A stretch of 64,000 nucleotides of DNA, taken from sequence record NC_052652.1; one strand, written 5' to 3'. Below, in pieces: positions 10,644-19,619 of this stretch (position 1 is its first letter; each line of letters starts with the position of its first letter). The position numbers were made by a program, and so were the translations under genes. Source of the DNA: Escherichia phage vB_EcoM_PHB05. The notes below the pieces were generated by a model, which did not search any database, had not been told where the DNA came from, and worked only from the letters and a program-made list of their open reading frames with translations.

Positions 10644-10676
10644 AAAAAGGAGCCATTAGGCTCCTTTTCTTTTATC
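10644..10676. terminator. Bidirectional terminator between convergent gene blocks (AAAAAAGGAGCC ATT AGGCTCCTTTTCTTTT)
   Basis: Perfect 8-bp stem flanked by A-run upstream and T-run downstream; lies between the + strand stop at 10641 and the - strand stop at 10677. Confidence 0.65.
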
Positions 10677-11108
10677 TTAATCAGTGAAAATTACGCTCAC
10701 ATCTTCTTTAGAGAAGAGTTTATGATCTTCACCTTTTGTCTCAAGAGTTTCATACAGGTTAAGAAGTTCTGAAACATCTTTCTCTACCAGTTTCTTCAAT
10801 GTTGCAATTTTCTGTTTGCGACTCTTAATACGTTCAGCTACGACCTTACGTTGGTATCCAGCAGTACGATAACCTGAGAAAGTTACACCAGTAAGACTTG
10901 CAGTTACAGGATCGTAGTGACGTTCAATCTGAAATTTATTAAAAGGTACAGCGTCATCACGAATAATCTTACCGCCATTACTTACTTGACGAAGACCAGT
11001 AACTTGTTCCAGTCGTGCCATAGAAATCTTTGGAGACAGACCAGAGTCCAGGTTCATACCGTTGTTAATCAGTGCTTTCAGGGTGATTTTGCTGTTCAGT
11101 GTACTCAT
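10677..11108 (-). CDS. Hypothetical protein, 143 aa (start may be the internal Met at 11057)
   Basis: Track ORF; overlaps the upstream methyltransferase stop by 44 nt unless the internal ATG is used. Confidence 0.4.
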   Translation of the reverse strand: MSTLNSKITLKALINNGMNLDSGLSPKISMARLEQVTGLRQVSNGGKIIRDDAVPFNKFQIERHYDPVTASLTGVTFSGYRTAGYQRKVVAERIKSRKQKIATLKKLVEKDVSELLNLYETLETKGEDHKLFSKEDVSVIFTD

Positions 11109-11796
11109 TTAGTCGTTCCTCCGCTTGCTTAAAAATATTTACATCGGCTTCACAGCCTAAGTATTCTCTACCTGTTAAAAGTGCCGCAACTTGTGTTGTT
11201 GCACTTCCAGAGAAGAAGTCTAAGACTACATCTCCTTCGTTGGTATGTATATTAATAAGGTCACAAAACAAAGTCAAGTGTTTTTGTGTTGGATGAAAAC
11301 GATCTGCTCCTTGATAGATAGGATACTCAAACACACCCTTATGGTAGGAAGCATTGAAGGTTGGCTTCGAACCTTTAACACAAACAATAGCCATCTCTTT
11401 AGCGTTACTAAGGTAGTTAACACCACTATTGATGGGTACAGGGTTTGTTTTAATCCATTCAATAGTACGGAACATACGAAAACCAAGCGGTTCAAGGATT
11501 TCACGTAGCTCCTGGATCTTCCAGATATCATACCAAACTATGCAAGTACCACCTTTTCTAAGCACCCTATAGGCTTCTTTGAATACTTCTTTAAAGTAAG
11601 GAATATCTACAACGTCCCAGTCACCAAAGTTGTAAGATACACGGAATCTATCCGTATTTTTTCCAGTAGGCTCTCCAGATTGAAAATTTGTGTCACGAGA
11701 AATAGCATATGGTGGGTCAGTAAGAATCAAATCTACACTATTGCTTTCGAGGGTTTGCAGGTAGTTTAATGCAGTGTTGTTTACAAATTCGCTCAT
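11065..11796 (-). CDS. DNA N6-adenine methyltransferase (amino-methyltransferase, motif IV before motif I), 243 aa
   Basis: Catalytic motif LILTDPPYAI (DPPY) near N-terminus and AdoMet motif VLDFFSGSATT near C-terminus. Confidence 0.7.
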   Translation of the reverse strand: MSEFVNNTALNYLQTLESNSVDLILTDPPYAISRDTNFQSGEPTGKNTDRFRVSYNFGDWDVVDIPYFKEVFKEAYRVLRKGGTCIVWYDIWKIQELREILEPLGFRMFRTIEWIKTNPVPINSGVNYLSNAKEMAIVCVKGSKPTFNASYHKGVFEYPIYQGADRFHPTQKHLTLFCDLINIHTNEGDVVLDFFSGSATTQVAALLTGREYLGCEADVNIFKQAEERLNEYTEQQNHPESTD

Positions 11797-11810
11797 TATA
11801 TCTCCTTCAA

Positions 11811-11835
11811 AGAAAAGGAGCCGTTAGGCTCCTTA
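11811..11835 (-). terminator. Terminator hairpin (AAGGAGCC GTTA GGCTCCTT)
   Basis: 8-bp GC-rich stem; on the - strand it is followed by a T-rich tract after the stop at 11857. Confidence 0.5.
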
Positions 11836-11856
11836 TATTCACACAATATTTAACTA

Positions 11857-12804
11857 TTAGAAACAGTGCAGGAAGTTTCGACCATATTGCAAACCAATAG
11901 GAGCAAACGGGATATCATCATCGAAATCTTGAACAACAGGTTCTGGTTCTTTCGGTGCTGGCTCTTTCTTCTCTACTTTTTTAGTTTCTTTCTTAACTTC
12001 TTGTACTGGGGTAGACATTCCACGGATAGCCGCAGCTACTTTATCAGACAAAGCAAGAACTTCACGAGCAGCTTCAATAATCTCTTCTGCCGTTACAGTT
12101 TTACCTGTATGATCACGACAAGCGTTAAGAATTGCGTGTCCAACTGAAGCACCAAGATCATAGTCAGTCACATCAACACCACGATCTTTAGCAATTTCAG
12201 CTTTCAGAGTAACAGTTGCAGATTGTACCACACCAGCCAAATCGAAAGCATCACCTTTCACACCAGCACGTAGAAGCTCCAGAGCGCCGTTTACAGCGTG
12301 TCCTGTTTCAATCCCTACGGTATCACGTTTTTTGTAGTTAGGCTTGTTACCGTCATTATTAGATGGCTTATTTCCACCTTTTGAAGAGGATTGCGCTTGC
12401 TGAACACCTTCTGTTGAAAGAATAGTGATTTTACCTTTAGAGGAGTTGTAGTATGTTTTGCCATTCCATTCAGAAGGTTTAACATCCATAGTTAGTTCTA
12501 CACCTTTTTCGATAGTAACCCACTTATCACCATCTTTAACTTGCAGGTTTTCATGTTCTGGGTGCAGTTTAACTTCACCTAAGCTAACCCAAACACCTTT
12601 ATCATCAGCACCAGCACCTTTCTCTTTAATAAGCAGAGATGCTTTGTGAGTTGATTCAATTTTCTTATCTGGCTGACCTGCAACCTTAATATAAGAAACT
12701 TTCATTTCATCAAACTTATCTAGTTTGACATATTCGACAATACCTTCAGCCCAGAATGCTTCTTTTTTAGTACGACGGTCGATTTCAGAATTAATTACTG
12801 GCAT
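11857..12804 (-). CDS. Putative DNA-binding / replication accessory protein carrying an SSB-like acidic motif (DFDDDIPF), 315 aa
   Basis: Motif DFDDDIPF matches the bacterial SSB C-terminal tail but here is followed by 15 further residues; Lys/Glu-rich linker; no clear OB-fold seen by eye. Confidence 0.35.
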   Translation of the reverse strand: MPVINSEIDRRTKKEAFWAEGIVEYVKLDKFDEMKVSYIKVAGQPDKKIESTHKASLLIKEKGAGADDKGVWVSLGEVKLHPEHENLQVKDGDKWVTIEKGVELTMDVKPSEWNGKTYYNSSKGKITILSTEGVQQAQSSSKGGNKPSNNDGNKPNYKKRDTVGIETGHAVNGALELLRAGVKGDAFDLAGVVQSATVTLKAEIAKDRGVDVTDYDLGASVGHAILNACRDHTGKTVTAEEIIEAAREVLALSDKVAAAIRGMSTPVQEVKKETKKVEKKEPAPKEPEPVVQDFDDDIPFAPIGLQYGRNFLHCF

Positions 12805-12820
12805 AAATTCTCCTCTATAA

Positions 12821-13219
12821 TTACATTACTTTAACACAAAACTCTCGTAAAAGAGTAGCGTCAGTTTCTTCCAACAGGTATTTACCAAGACCAATACCAA
12901 ATCCTATTTCACCACTTTCAAAATGGAGAATTTGTATCTTTTCTCCACCAAGGTTAATTACTTTTGCTTTTCCAGGATTGTCCAAAACATCTCGTATTGT
13001 GTCCTGTAGTAGCATAAGTTCACGTTTTGTGATAGTGGTTTCAGATATCTCTTTGTCTTCTACCCGCACTGTTAAACGGTTGTATCCACCAAAGAGACAT
13101 AGTATTTGAATAAAAAAGGTATTATCTTGAGGTTCAACATCTTTTTTAGTTAGTTCAAGACGATTAGTTTCTCTACTATAGAACGTCTCGACTAAGATTT
13201 TAGAACGATTGTCTGTCAT
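12821..13219 (-). CDS. Hypothetical protein, 132 aa
   Basis: Track ORF in co-directional packed array; no motif recognised. Confidence 0.4.
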   Translation of the reverse strand: MTDNRSKILVETFYSRETNRLELTKKDVEPQDNTFFIQILCLFGGYNRLTVRVEDKEISETTITKRELMLLQDTIRDVLDNPGKAKVINLGGEKIQILHFESGEIGFGIGLGKYLLEETDATLLREFCVKVM

Positions 13220-13262
13220 TCAAGTTCTCATAATAACACATAATTGTAAGGTTTGTCAACAC

Positions 13263-13877
13263 TTAAATCTTAAATTCTTCGTTGTTAAACGAATCCAGTG
13301 TACGTACTTCTGGTTCTTTGGGAATGAAAACGTCTTTTACAAAGCGGAACATAGGGAAACGTTCTGCCATTTTACGGACGTGTGCTTCTTTACCTGTGTA
13401 TCGGTGATTAATAGTGCAAATATTAGTCTTCAATGCAAAGTCAAAATCTGGATGATATACATAATTTTGACCATCCCAGTAACACAGGCAAATAGCTACG
13501 TCAAAGTTCCATACGATTTCACTGCGTACACCCTCTTCCATGATCATAAAGTTAAACTTAAGATCTTTATAGTATGCTTCAAATACCCATTTCAAATGTG
13601 GTAGTTCGGCATAAGTGTGTTCTGTTTGCTTAGTAAGTTGTTTAACATTACGTGCACCAACACCCAACATCAAAAATTTCTCTACCAGTACGGTTGTATT
13701 GTGGTTAGGCATACGCAAGTAAATGTCAATATCTTGCGCAGGTGTTTCTAATCGCCAGTCGCGTACAGCGCCGCCAGCTACAATTGCAAACGGATCTACC
13801 AGTTGGCACATACGTAATACTTCTAAAGCGCGTACTTTTTGATCTTCAATATTCATATTTTCTCCTATCGTGTCCAC
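13263..13877 (-). CDS. Nucleotidyltransferase (Pol-beta superfamily, CCA-adding / poly(A) polymerase head-domain-like), 204 aa
   Basis: Signature GGAVRD followed by DIDIYL (GGxVRD...DxD) typical of the tRNA nucleotidyltransferase/PAP head domain; protein is much shorter than full-length CCA enzymes. Confidence 0.5.
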   Translation of the reverse strand: MDTIGENMNIEDQKVRALEVLRMCQLVDPFAIVAGGAVRDWRLETPAQDIDIYLRMPNHNTTVLVEKFLMLGVGARNVKQLTKQTEHTYAELPHLKWVFEAYYKDLKFNFMIMEEGVRSEIVWNFDVAICLCYWDGQNYVYHPDFDFALKTNICTINHRYTGKEAHVRKMAERFPMFRFVKDVFIPKEPEVRTLDSFNNEEFKI

Positions 13878-14461
13878 TCTTTATGTTGTTCTACATGCTC
13901 AAGCATTTCATTATACAGTGCTTTAAGATGTGGAACAACTCTTTCATCTTCAGTTTCAAAGAATTTTGTAAGCTGTTCTGCTTTAGCTTTCAACCAGCAA
14001 AGATGCGCTTCAATTTCAGTATTAAAACGCCCCAGCGTTTTCATGCGACCGTCTACTTTTATATTGGCTTTGTATTTATTACGATCTTTTTCGTAACTAC
14101 AGCCTACCATAGTTCCATGAGATCTTTTACTTACTCTATAAGCTAAGAACTTATTAAGATCTCCTGTTACTAAAAGACAGGTATCGGGAGAGTAAACCCT
14201 CCCTCCTATAATATCTTTATCAAGTTCTAAGTTTTCCCAGTTTTCCCAAGTTTGCAACCAGGAGTAGAAATTTGAGAACAGTTTCCATTCTTCACAAACC
14301 GTCACCCCCTTATAACAAGGATCACGTTCTTGTTGGCAAGGGGAGTAACACCTCCCCAACATAGCCATCCATTTCATATAATGCGGCGTTAGTTTCTTAC
14401 TACCAGGTAGCGTACTCTCGCCTTGCAAATCATTAATACCTTCACCATATACGGTAAGCAT
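13865..14461 (-). CDS. AP2-domain DNA-binding protein, likely HNH-family homing-endonuclease-like, 198 aa
   Basis: C-terminal AP2-like pattern KYKANIKVDGRMKTLGRFNTEIEAHLCW; N-terminal W/Y/C-rich motif MKWMAMLGRCYSP...YKGVTVCEEW common in phage AP2/HNH proteins. Confidence 0.45.
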   Translation of the reverse strand: MLTVYGEGINDLQGESTLPGSKKLTPHYMKWMAMLGRCYSPCQQERDPCYKGVTVCEEWKLFSNFYSWLQTWENWENLELDKDIIGGRVYSPDTCLLVTGDLNKFLAYRVSKRSHGTMVGCSYEKDRNKYKANIKVDGRMKTLGRFNTEIEAHLCWLKAKAEQLTKFFETEDERVVPHLKALYNEMLEHVEQHKEWTR

Positions 14462-14488
14462 AAAAACTCCTTTAAAATCAAAGAGATG

Positions 14489-17068
14489 TCAGTGACAACT
14501 GGCCCATGAGTTACCAACATCGTAACCAGCAGTGAGAGGTACATTAAGATTGTAATACTCACCAGCTTTATTAACAGCGATAGATGCTAATTCTCCAGCA
14601 CGACTGTAGGCTGTAAACCAACCACCTTTCGGAGATTCATGTACGTTAGCCCAAATCTTGCCAGTACGTTTCTCTTCCTCTTCTTTCCAGGCGTTAACTT
14701 TATCCAAACATTCTTTATCAATTTTCTTTTGTTCTTCTGGATCATCAACTTGAGTCCAACCTAAAGATTCTTTAGAGAACCATTTAAAATGAACCAGATC
14801 ACGAGTTACTTCAAGCTGTGCTTCATCGTGATATGCAATCATTTGTTGAACGAATGACTTATTTTTCCAGTCATCAACAAAAAAGTCAACAGCTAATCCT
14901 TCTTCTTCGATAAGATCGTCGTAGATAACCATTGCTCTTTTTGCACAAATAACACCACCACTCTGGAACAGAGAGTTAAGTATTGCGTGTGCAGATCGTG
15001 TAGGTACTTTCCTACCATCAATACCCAGAATGTATTTCTTACCTGTTTTAACCCAGAAATCATGCAGACGTTCTTTAAGAAGTGCAAGAGGTTTTGCAGC
15101 TTCCCAGAAAGCATCGTATACAAGCTGTCCTGTATACATATCACTACCAATAGTTTTTGCTACTTTTGCAGCTTGAGCACCATAAGTAATACCATACTTA
15201 ACAGATTTAGCAGGGCTTCGTTCAAACTTACGACCAATAGTATCAGAAATACGTCGAGCCATCATTGTATGAACATCATTAGGTTTTTCCAACAACAGAG
15301 CATTACAATATTCGTGTGGTTCCTGCTCGTACCGCCAACAGTAGTGTGATTCTATTTTTGCCTCAAGAGAATCAAAGTCATAACCAATTTGGAAGTATTT
15401 TGGAACTTCTACACCAAATAAGTTACGCATTTCATATCCGTACAGAGATGTTACACGTGGGATATTTGCTACTAACCTATGTTTCATACGAGACGTAGCT
15501 GCATCACACGTTGCAGCAGGAGTTGGTATACGACCATCAGCCCTTACTGCCGCCAGATAACCTTTATCGTAATCCTCTTCATCTTCTTCCCAATCAGCGC
15601 CACCCCCTAGAATAGAGTTTCTACGATGTTTATACGTAAGATACTGCACAATCTGCGTAGCATAAGGAAACTTTTCACCTAGTGCTTCCAAGTTAGGACA
15701 AATATCCTTCTCTTGCCCTTTTGTAAAGGAAGGGTTAGTAAGCACTTTAACACCACGACCTTTAGCTTTAGCAATACGATCTCTTAGTTTCCATTCCAAA
15801 GTTTCTGGTGTGCACTCCAGATGATCACATCTGTCCTGGCAGAAGTTAGATGCTAATGTTTGATCAACATAGTCACGAATAGCTTTCTCCATTTGTGCTT
15901 CATCTTTCTTAATCTTAGTGCCAGATTTAAGAGTGATATCTTTATCTTTATATTCAGATGGACTCCAACCTAAACCAACTAACCAATTTTTAATATGTGT
16001 AGTGTCGTCTAAAGTAGCAGGCACTGTAGGATCACAAATAGGTTCTTCTGCTGGAATAGGTAGTTTAAACTCTTTACCTAATGCAAATAACCACCAACCA
16101 TCTTCTTTTTGTACAAGTTCACCAGAATGTTTCTCTGCAAACTTTATCATGTTACTTGAAGGCTCACCATTCTTTTTAAACTGGAGTTTAGGTGGAATGA
16201 ATGATTTCAAATAACCTTTAGTAGCAGGTTTAGGAGGTAGCACAGGTTCTGCCTCTAAACGACATGCTTCCATTCGAGCATCCAGATCACGAATATTATC
16301 TTCTGCTTGTTTCATATTGAAAGCAAAGCCACGGTGCTCTTGACGTGTAATAATATCAGCTACACGTTGTTCTAAGTTAAATGGTTCAGACCACTTATTA
16401 TAATCACCCCACTCTTCCATCAAATAACGGAACACTGCGGTGTTAGCTTTGTTATCGTAAATACAGTAATACAGCATATCTGCTGCAAATGTTCTAAATC
16501 TTTCAGTTTCAGGAATGTTTTTTCTAAAATCAATTTTAACATCCCCTCCAGCTTTCTTAGATAACTCTGCCAGACTATGACCACCGAAGCGATCAGGGTT
16601 TAGTGTCTTACTTAAGATCATAGTATCACAAATTTCAATGTTACTATTACCCCAAGTATTGTACTTAATACTGTAGTTGAGTTTAAAAAATAATTTAATT
16701 GCCAGTAAGTCGAAGTTAATGATGTTGTGTCCAACTACTTTGGTAATTTTATAGTTTGAATTACCTTTAAATTTACCTGTTCCATTTACAAAATCAGGAA
16801 AATCTTTAAGAGGGAAATGGGTATATTCTAAATGCTCATATTCCTCCAGTCGGTATTCATACTTTCCGTCAGTCTCAATATACGGACGACCATCGAAAAG
16901 ATATTTATCACCATCATGGAAAGCAATAATCTCTCCAGTATCATGACTTTCACACACAATACAGTGCATTGCAAAACTATCTTTTAAACGATATGGACTT
17001 GCCAAGTAATCTACACTTTCGTCATTAAGCAAGTTGTTACTTTCAATGTCGAAAGTAAAAGCTCCCAT
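14489..17068 (-). CDS. DNA polymerase, family A (T7 gp5-like) with 3'-5' exonuclease domain, 859 aa
   Basis: Exo motif FDIESNNL at N-terminus; block TMILSKTLNPDRFGGHSLAELS parallels T7 gp5 TLVLSRLIHSNL...GSHALEAWG; size and Lys/Tyr-rich palm region consistent with Pol I family. Confidence 0.85.
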   Translation of the reverse strand: MGAFTFDIESNNLLNDESVDYLASPYRLKDSFAMHCIVCESHDTGEIIAFHDGDKYLFDGRPYIETDGKYEYRLEEYEHLEYTHFPLKDFPDFVNGTGKFKGNSNYKITKVVGHNIINFDLLAIKLFFKLNYSIKYNTWGNSNIEICDTMILSKTLNPDRFGGHSLAELSKKAGGDVKIDFRKNIPETERFRTFAADMLYYCIYDNKANTAVFRYLMEEWGDYNKWSEPFNLEQRVADIITRQEHRGFAFNMKQAEDNIRDLDARMEACRLEAEPVLPPKPATKGYLKSFIPPKLQFKKNGEPSSNMIKFAEKHSGELVQKEDGWWLFALGKEFKLPIPAEEPICDPTVPATLDDTTHIKNWLVGLGWSPSEYKDKDITLKSGTKIKKDEAQMEKAIRDYVDQTLASNFCQDRCDHLECTPETLEWKLRDRIAKAKGRGVKVLTNPSFTKGQEKDICPNLEALGEKFPYATQIVQYLTYKHRRNSILGGGADWEEDEEDYDKGYLAAVRADGRIPTPAATCDAATSRMKHRLVANIPRVTSLYGYEMRNLFGVEVPKYFQIGYDFDSLEAKIESHYCWRYEQEPHEYCNALLLEKPNDVHTMMARRISDTIGRKFERSPAKSVKYGITYGAQAAKVAKTIGSDMYTGQLVYDAFWEAAKPLALLKERLHDFWVKTGKKYILGIDGRKVPTRSAHAILNSLFQSGGVICAKRAMVIYDDLIEEEGLAVDFFVDDWKNKSFVQQMIAYHDEAQLEVTRDLVHFKWFSKESLGWTQVDDPEEQKKIDKECLDKVNAWKEEEEKRTGKIWANVHESPKGGWFTAYSRAGELASIAVNKAGEYYNLNVPLTAGYDVGNSWASCH

Positions 17069-17135
17069 TCTCCCTCCTTAAAATATTTCTAAAGTCTTAA
17101 TTTGTTAATACTGTACCATAAATTAATTGTTTTGT

Positions 17136-17155
17136 AAAGGGGCTTTCGCCCCTTC
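17136..17155 (-). terminator. Terminator-like hairpin (AAAGGGGC TTTC GCCCCTT)
   Basis: 7-bp GC stem with tetraloop between the genes at 17159 and 17068. Confidence 0.4.
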
Positions 17156-17158
17156 TTG

Positions 17159-17554
17159 TTATTTATTGTCAGCACTTAATTGTACTTTAATAAGGCAATT
17201 AGGGACACCATTGGTATTTCTCAAGCCTACACGGTCAATTTTAACTGTTCCTGTTAAGCCACTAAAAGTGGAAACAATGTTATTAATGTTTTCATCCTTA
17301 CTAGCGATATCAAGAACAACTTTATCACTAACATTTTTCAGCATGCGATCTACAAGCTCTCCCACAAAACCACTGGTAGTTTGAATGAGAAGGTATAGGC
17401 AACCATCCTCAAACCACAAATGTTCGCCATAAGCATAACCGTATGGTTCTAACTCCGATCCATCTTGAAATTTAAACTTGGCAATAGTTTTCGTATAATC
17501 ATACCCTAACGCAGAAGGGGATACCCCATAGAGGATATTTTCGTTGTCTTTCAT
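17159..17554 (-). CDS. Hypothetical protein, 131 aa (start trimmed to the internal ATG with RBS)
   Basis: Track ORF 17159..17683 overlaps the primase-helicase gene; internal Met (MKDNENILYG) at 17554 has RBS AAGGAGAGAAAT and follows the upstream stop. Confidence 0.4.
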   Translation of the reverse strand: MKDNENILYGVSPSALGYDYTKTIAKFKFQDGSELEPYGYAYGEHLWFEDGCLYLLIQTTSGFVGELVDRMLKNVSDKVVLDIASKDENINNIVSTFSGLTGTVKIDRVGLRNTNGVPNCLIKVQLSADNK

Positions 17555-17564
17555 ATTTCTCTCC

Positions 17565-19337
17565 TTAATAAGAACCATCAGGAATATTCTCTGGGTTACT
17601 TGTGTATTGATCGTAATCGTGAAGTGTCGCTGTTTTAATCTCATAGAAGAAACTACCTGCTGCACCAGTCTCTGAGAACTCACGGTTCTTTAGGATGTAG
17701 CAATATGTGCGGTTACGTTCCATAGGATCTTCAGCTTGTTTATCACGCTCCAGCGCAATTGTGATACCAGCACCTTTAGCAAGGAAGCTACTACCCATTG
17801 CATCATCTTCTACAATATGTTCATTACTATTGTTAGAAGACTTTTTAACGTGTGAAATTACAACAATGGTAATTGCGTACTCTTTCATAATGCGTTTGAG
17901 CCACGTCGCAAGTTCCTCTTGTTGTGACACGTCCATACCAGAAAGCAAGTCAGAATAAGGGTCGATAACAAGAATGGTTACTCCGAAATAAATAATCATT
18001 TCCAGAACCTTCTCTTTAATCACATCTACGTTAGCTCCACGATCATCACAAACATAGAAACGTGGTGTTCCATCTTCTCGTTCGTAAAAATCACGAATCT
18101 TTTCTTCATTATCTTTTAAAATCTTTTCCTTCTCTTCTTTTGTTTTACGGTGAAGAGGGATGTGCAAGAATGAAGACAATAAGTTACGAGAATACTTCTT
18201 ATACGTTGCCTCCAAAGATAAAATACCAAGAGTATGTTCTGGGTGTGCAAGAATAATGTGCTTTGTAATCTCGTTAACCAACAGTGTTTTACCGATACTT
18301 GTTTTTGCAAGTATAACAGTAATTTCTTCTTCTACCAAGCCTCCACCTAACATATTAGAAGCAACACGCATGAATGGAGGAAGGGTGATCATTTTAGCTT
18401 CCAGGCATTCCAAGGCTGCTTCATACAGTACGTTAGAAGCATAAACACCAGCAGGTGTGTACAGTTTAGCTTTGAAAAAACGATCAAGAAAGTGATCAAT
18501 TTTTCCTTCTACTAGTGCCTGGTTAGGATCTTTAACATCCGTTAGTTCCATCACATAAACTTTATTACGTGGTAAGATTTTAACACATTTCTCAACTGCT
18601 GCACGTCCAGCTTCATCATTATCCATACACAGAACAATCTTTTTAAATTGATCTAAAAATTTATAACGATGTTGAAGCTGCTTATGCAGAGATGTTTCGC
18701 CACAAGTACCAGATACTACAGCAGGAACAGGATATTTACCGCCCTTGTTATAATCTTTTAGCATCTGTGTTGCAGCCAGCATATCGTGTTCACCACCAAC
18801 GATTAGAATAGTACCGCTGTGGTTACGATATTTAAACTCCCCAAAAAGATCACAATCCTTTCCTGTTTCACCAATAGGATGTGAAAAATCTTTTGGATCG
18901 ATACGTTGTTTATACCCAGCAATATTGTAATCTTTAGTTGTAGGGTATAATGTTGAAATTACTTCGCCAGTAGCTTCATCGTACATATAGCGTACACCGA
19001 AAGGTTTAGAGATATCTTCACGAATACCGCGATAACCTTTTGGATTAGTTCCAGTGCTGGCTTTTAGCTTATCATGTACTTCTGGATTAAACTCACTACC
19101 CAAGATATCCTCCTCTTCAATTTCTTCGCCGTGTGCATTTAACCATTTTTGATCAGGGATAGTAAAGCCACAAGAAAAACAATGTGCGCCTCGATGGTCT
19201 TCATCGGCATCTAAGCCATATACCATCAAATTGTTTTGTGATCGATCACGCCCTCCTTTCATACAACGAGGACACCCAGTATGTCCTTCTTGACTTAGGT
19301 CAATGTTATACCCATATTTATTTACAACATAAGACAC
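17565..19337 (-). CDS. Bifunctional DNA primase-helicase (T7 gp4-like: zinc-binding domain, TOPRIM, DnaB-family helicase), 590 aa
   Basis: Zinc ribbon CPRC...CFSC; TOPRIM block ILIVGGEHDMLA...CMDNDEAGR; Walker A AKTSIGKT and Walker B-like VIDPYSDL in C-terminal half. Confidence 0.85.
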   Translation of the reverse strand: MSYVVNKYGYNIDLSQEGHTGCPRCMKGGRDRSQNNLMVYGLDADEDHRGAHCFSCGFTIPDQKWLNAHGEEIEEEDILGSEFNPEVHDKLKASTGTNPKGYRGIREDISKPFGVRYMYDEATGEVISTLYPTTKDYNIAGYKQRIDPKDFSHPIGETGKDCDLFGEFKYRNHSGTILIVGGEHDMLAATQMLKDYNKGGKYPVPAVVSGTCGETSLHKQLQHRYKFLDQFKKIVLCMDNDEAGRAAVEKCVKILPRNKVYVMELTDVKDPNQALVEGKIDHFLDRFFKAKLYTPAGVYASNVLYEAALECLEAKMITLPPFMRVASNMLGGGLVEEEITVILAKTSIGKTLLVNEITKHIILAHPEHTLGILSLEATYKKYSRNLLSSFLHIPLHRKTKEEKEKILKDNEEKIRDFYEREDGTPRFYVCDDRGANVDVIKEKVLEMIIYFGVTILVIDPYSDLLSGMDVSQQEELATWLKRIMKEYAITIVVISHVKKSSNNSNEHIVEDDAMGSSFLAKGAGITIALERDKQAEDPMERNRTYCYILKNREFSETGAAGSFFYEIKTATLHDYDQYTSNPENIPDGSY

Positions 19338-19349
19338 ATGATTCTCCTA

Positions 19350-19619
19350 CTAAAATGATTCGTTTGTCTCCATAATATATTGCATTTCCAAATCTTCCAT
19401 ATGTTTCTTAAATTGGTAAACAATTTCCGATGGGGAAATATCTATATCAAAAAGTTCTTTTGTACCAGAATAGAACCTAATACCATCAACAATAAGGCCA
19501 CCATAATAATCCCAATCACTTTCTCGTGAAAAAGGATTAGGTTCTTCATAATAGTAATCTACTTCAACAATAATAGGTTCTTTATTATCTTGTTTATACT
19601 CAAAATCAAAAGTGTTCAT
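19350..19619 (-). CDS. Hypothetical protein, 89 aa
   Basis: Track ORF; acidic/aromatic, no motif recognised. Confidence 0.35.
   Translation of the reverse strand: MNTFDFEYKQDNKEPIIVEVDYYYEEPNPFSRESDWDYYGGLIVDGIRFYSGTKELFDIDISPSEIVYQFKKHMEDLEMQYIMETNESF

Noticed and set aside
14489-19337. T4-like replisome (family B polymerase with separate primase and helicase)
   Set aside because: The polymerase shows family A (T7 gp5-like) exonuclease and palm blocks, and the primase-helicase is a single fused gp4-like gene, so the replication module is T7-like
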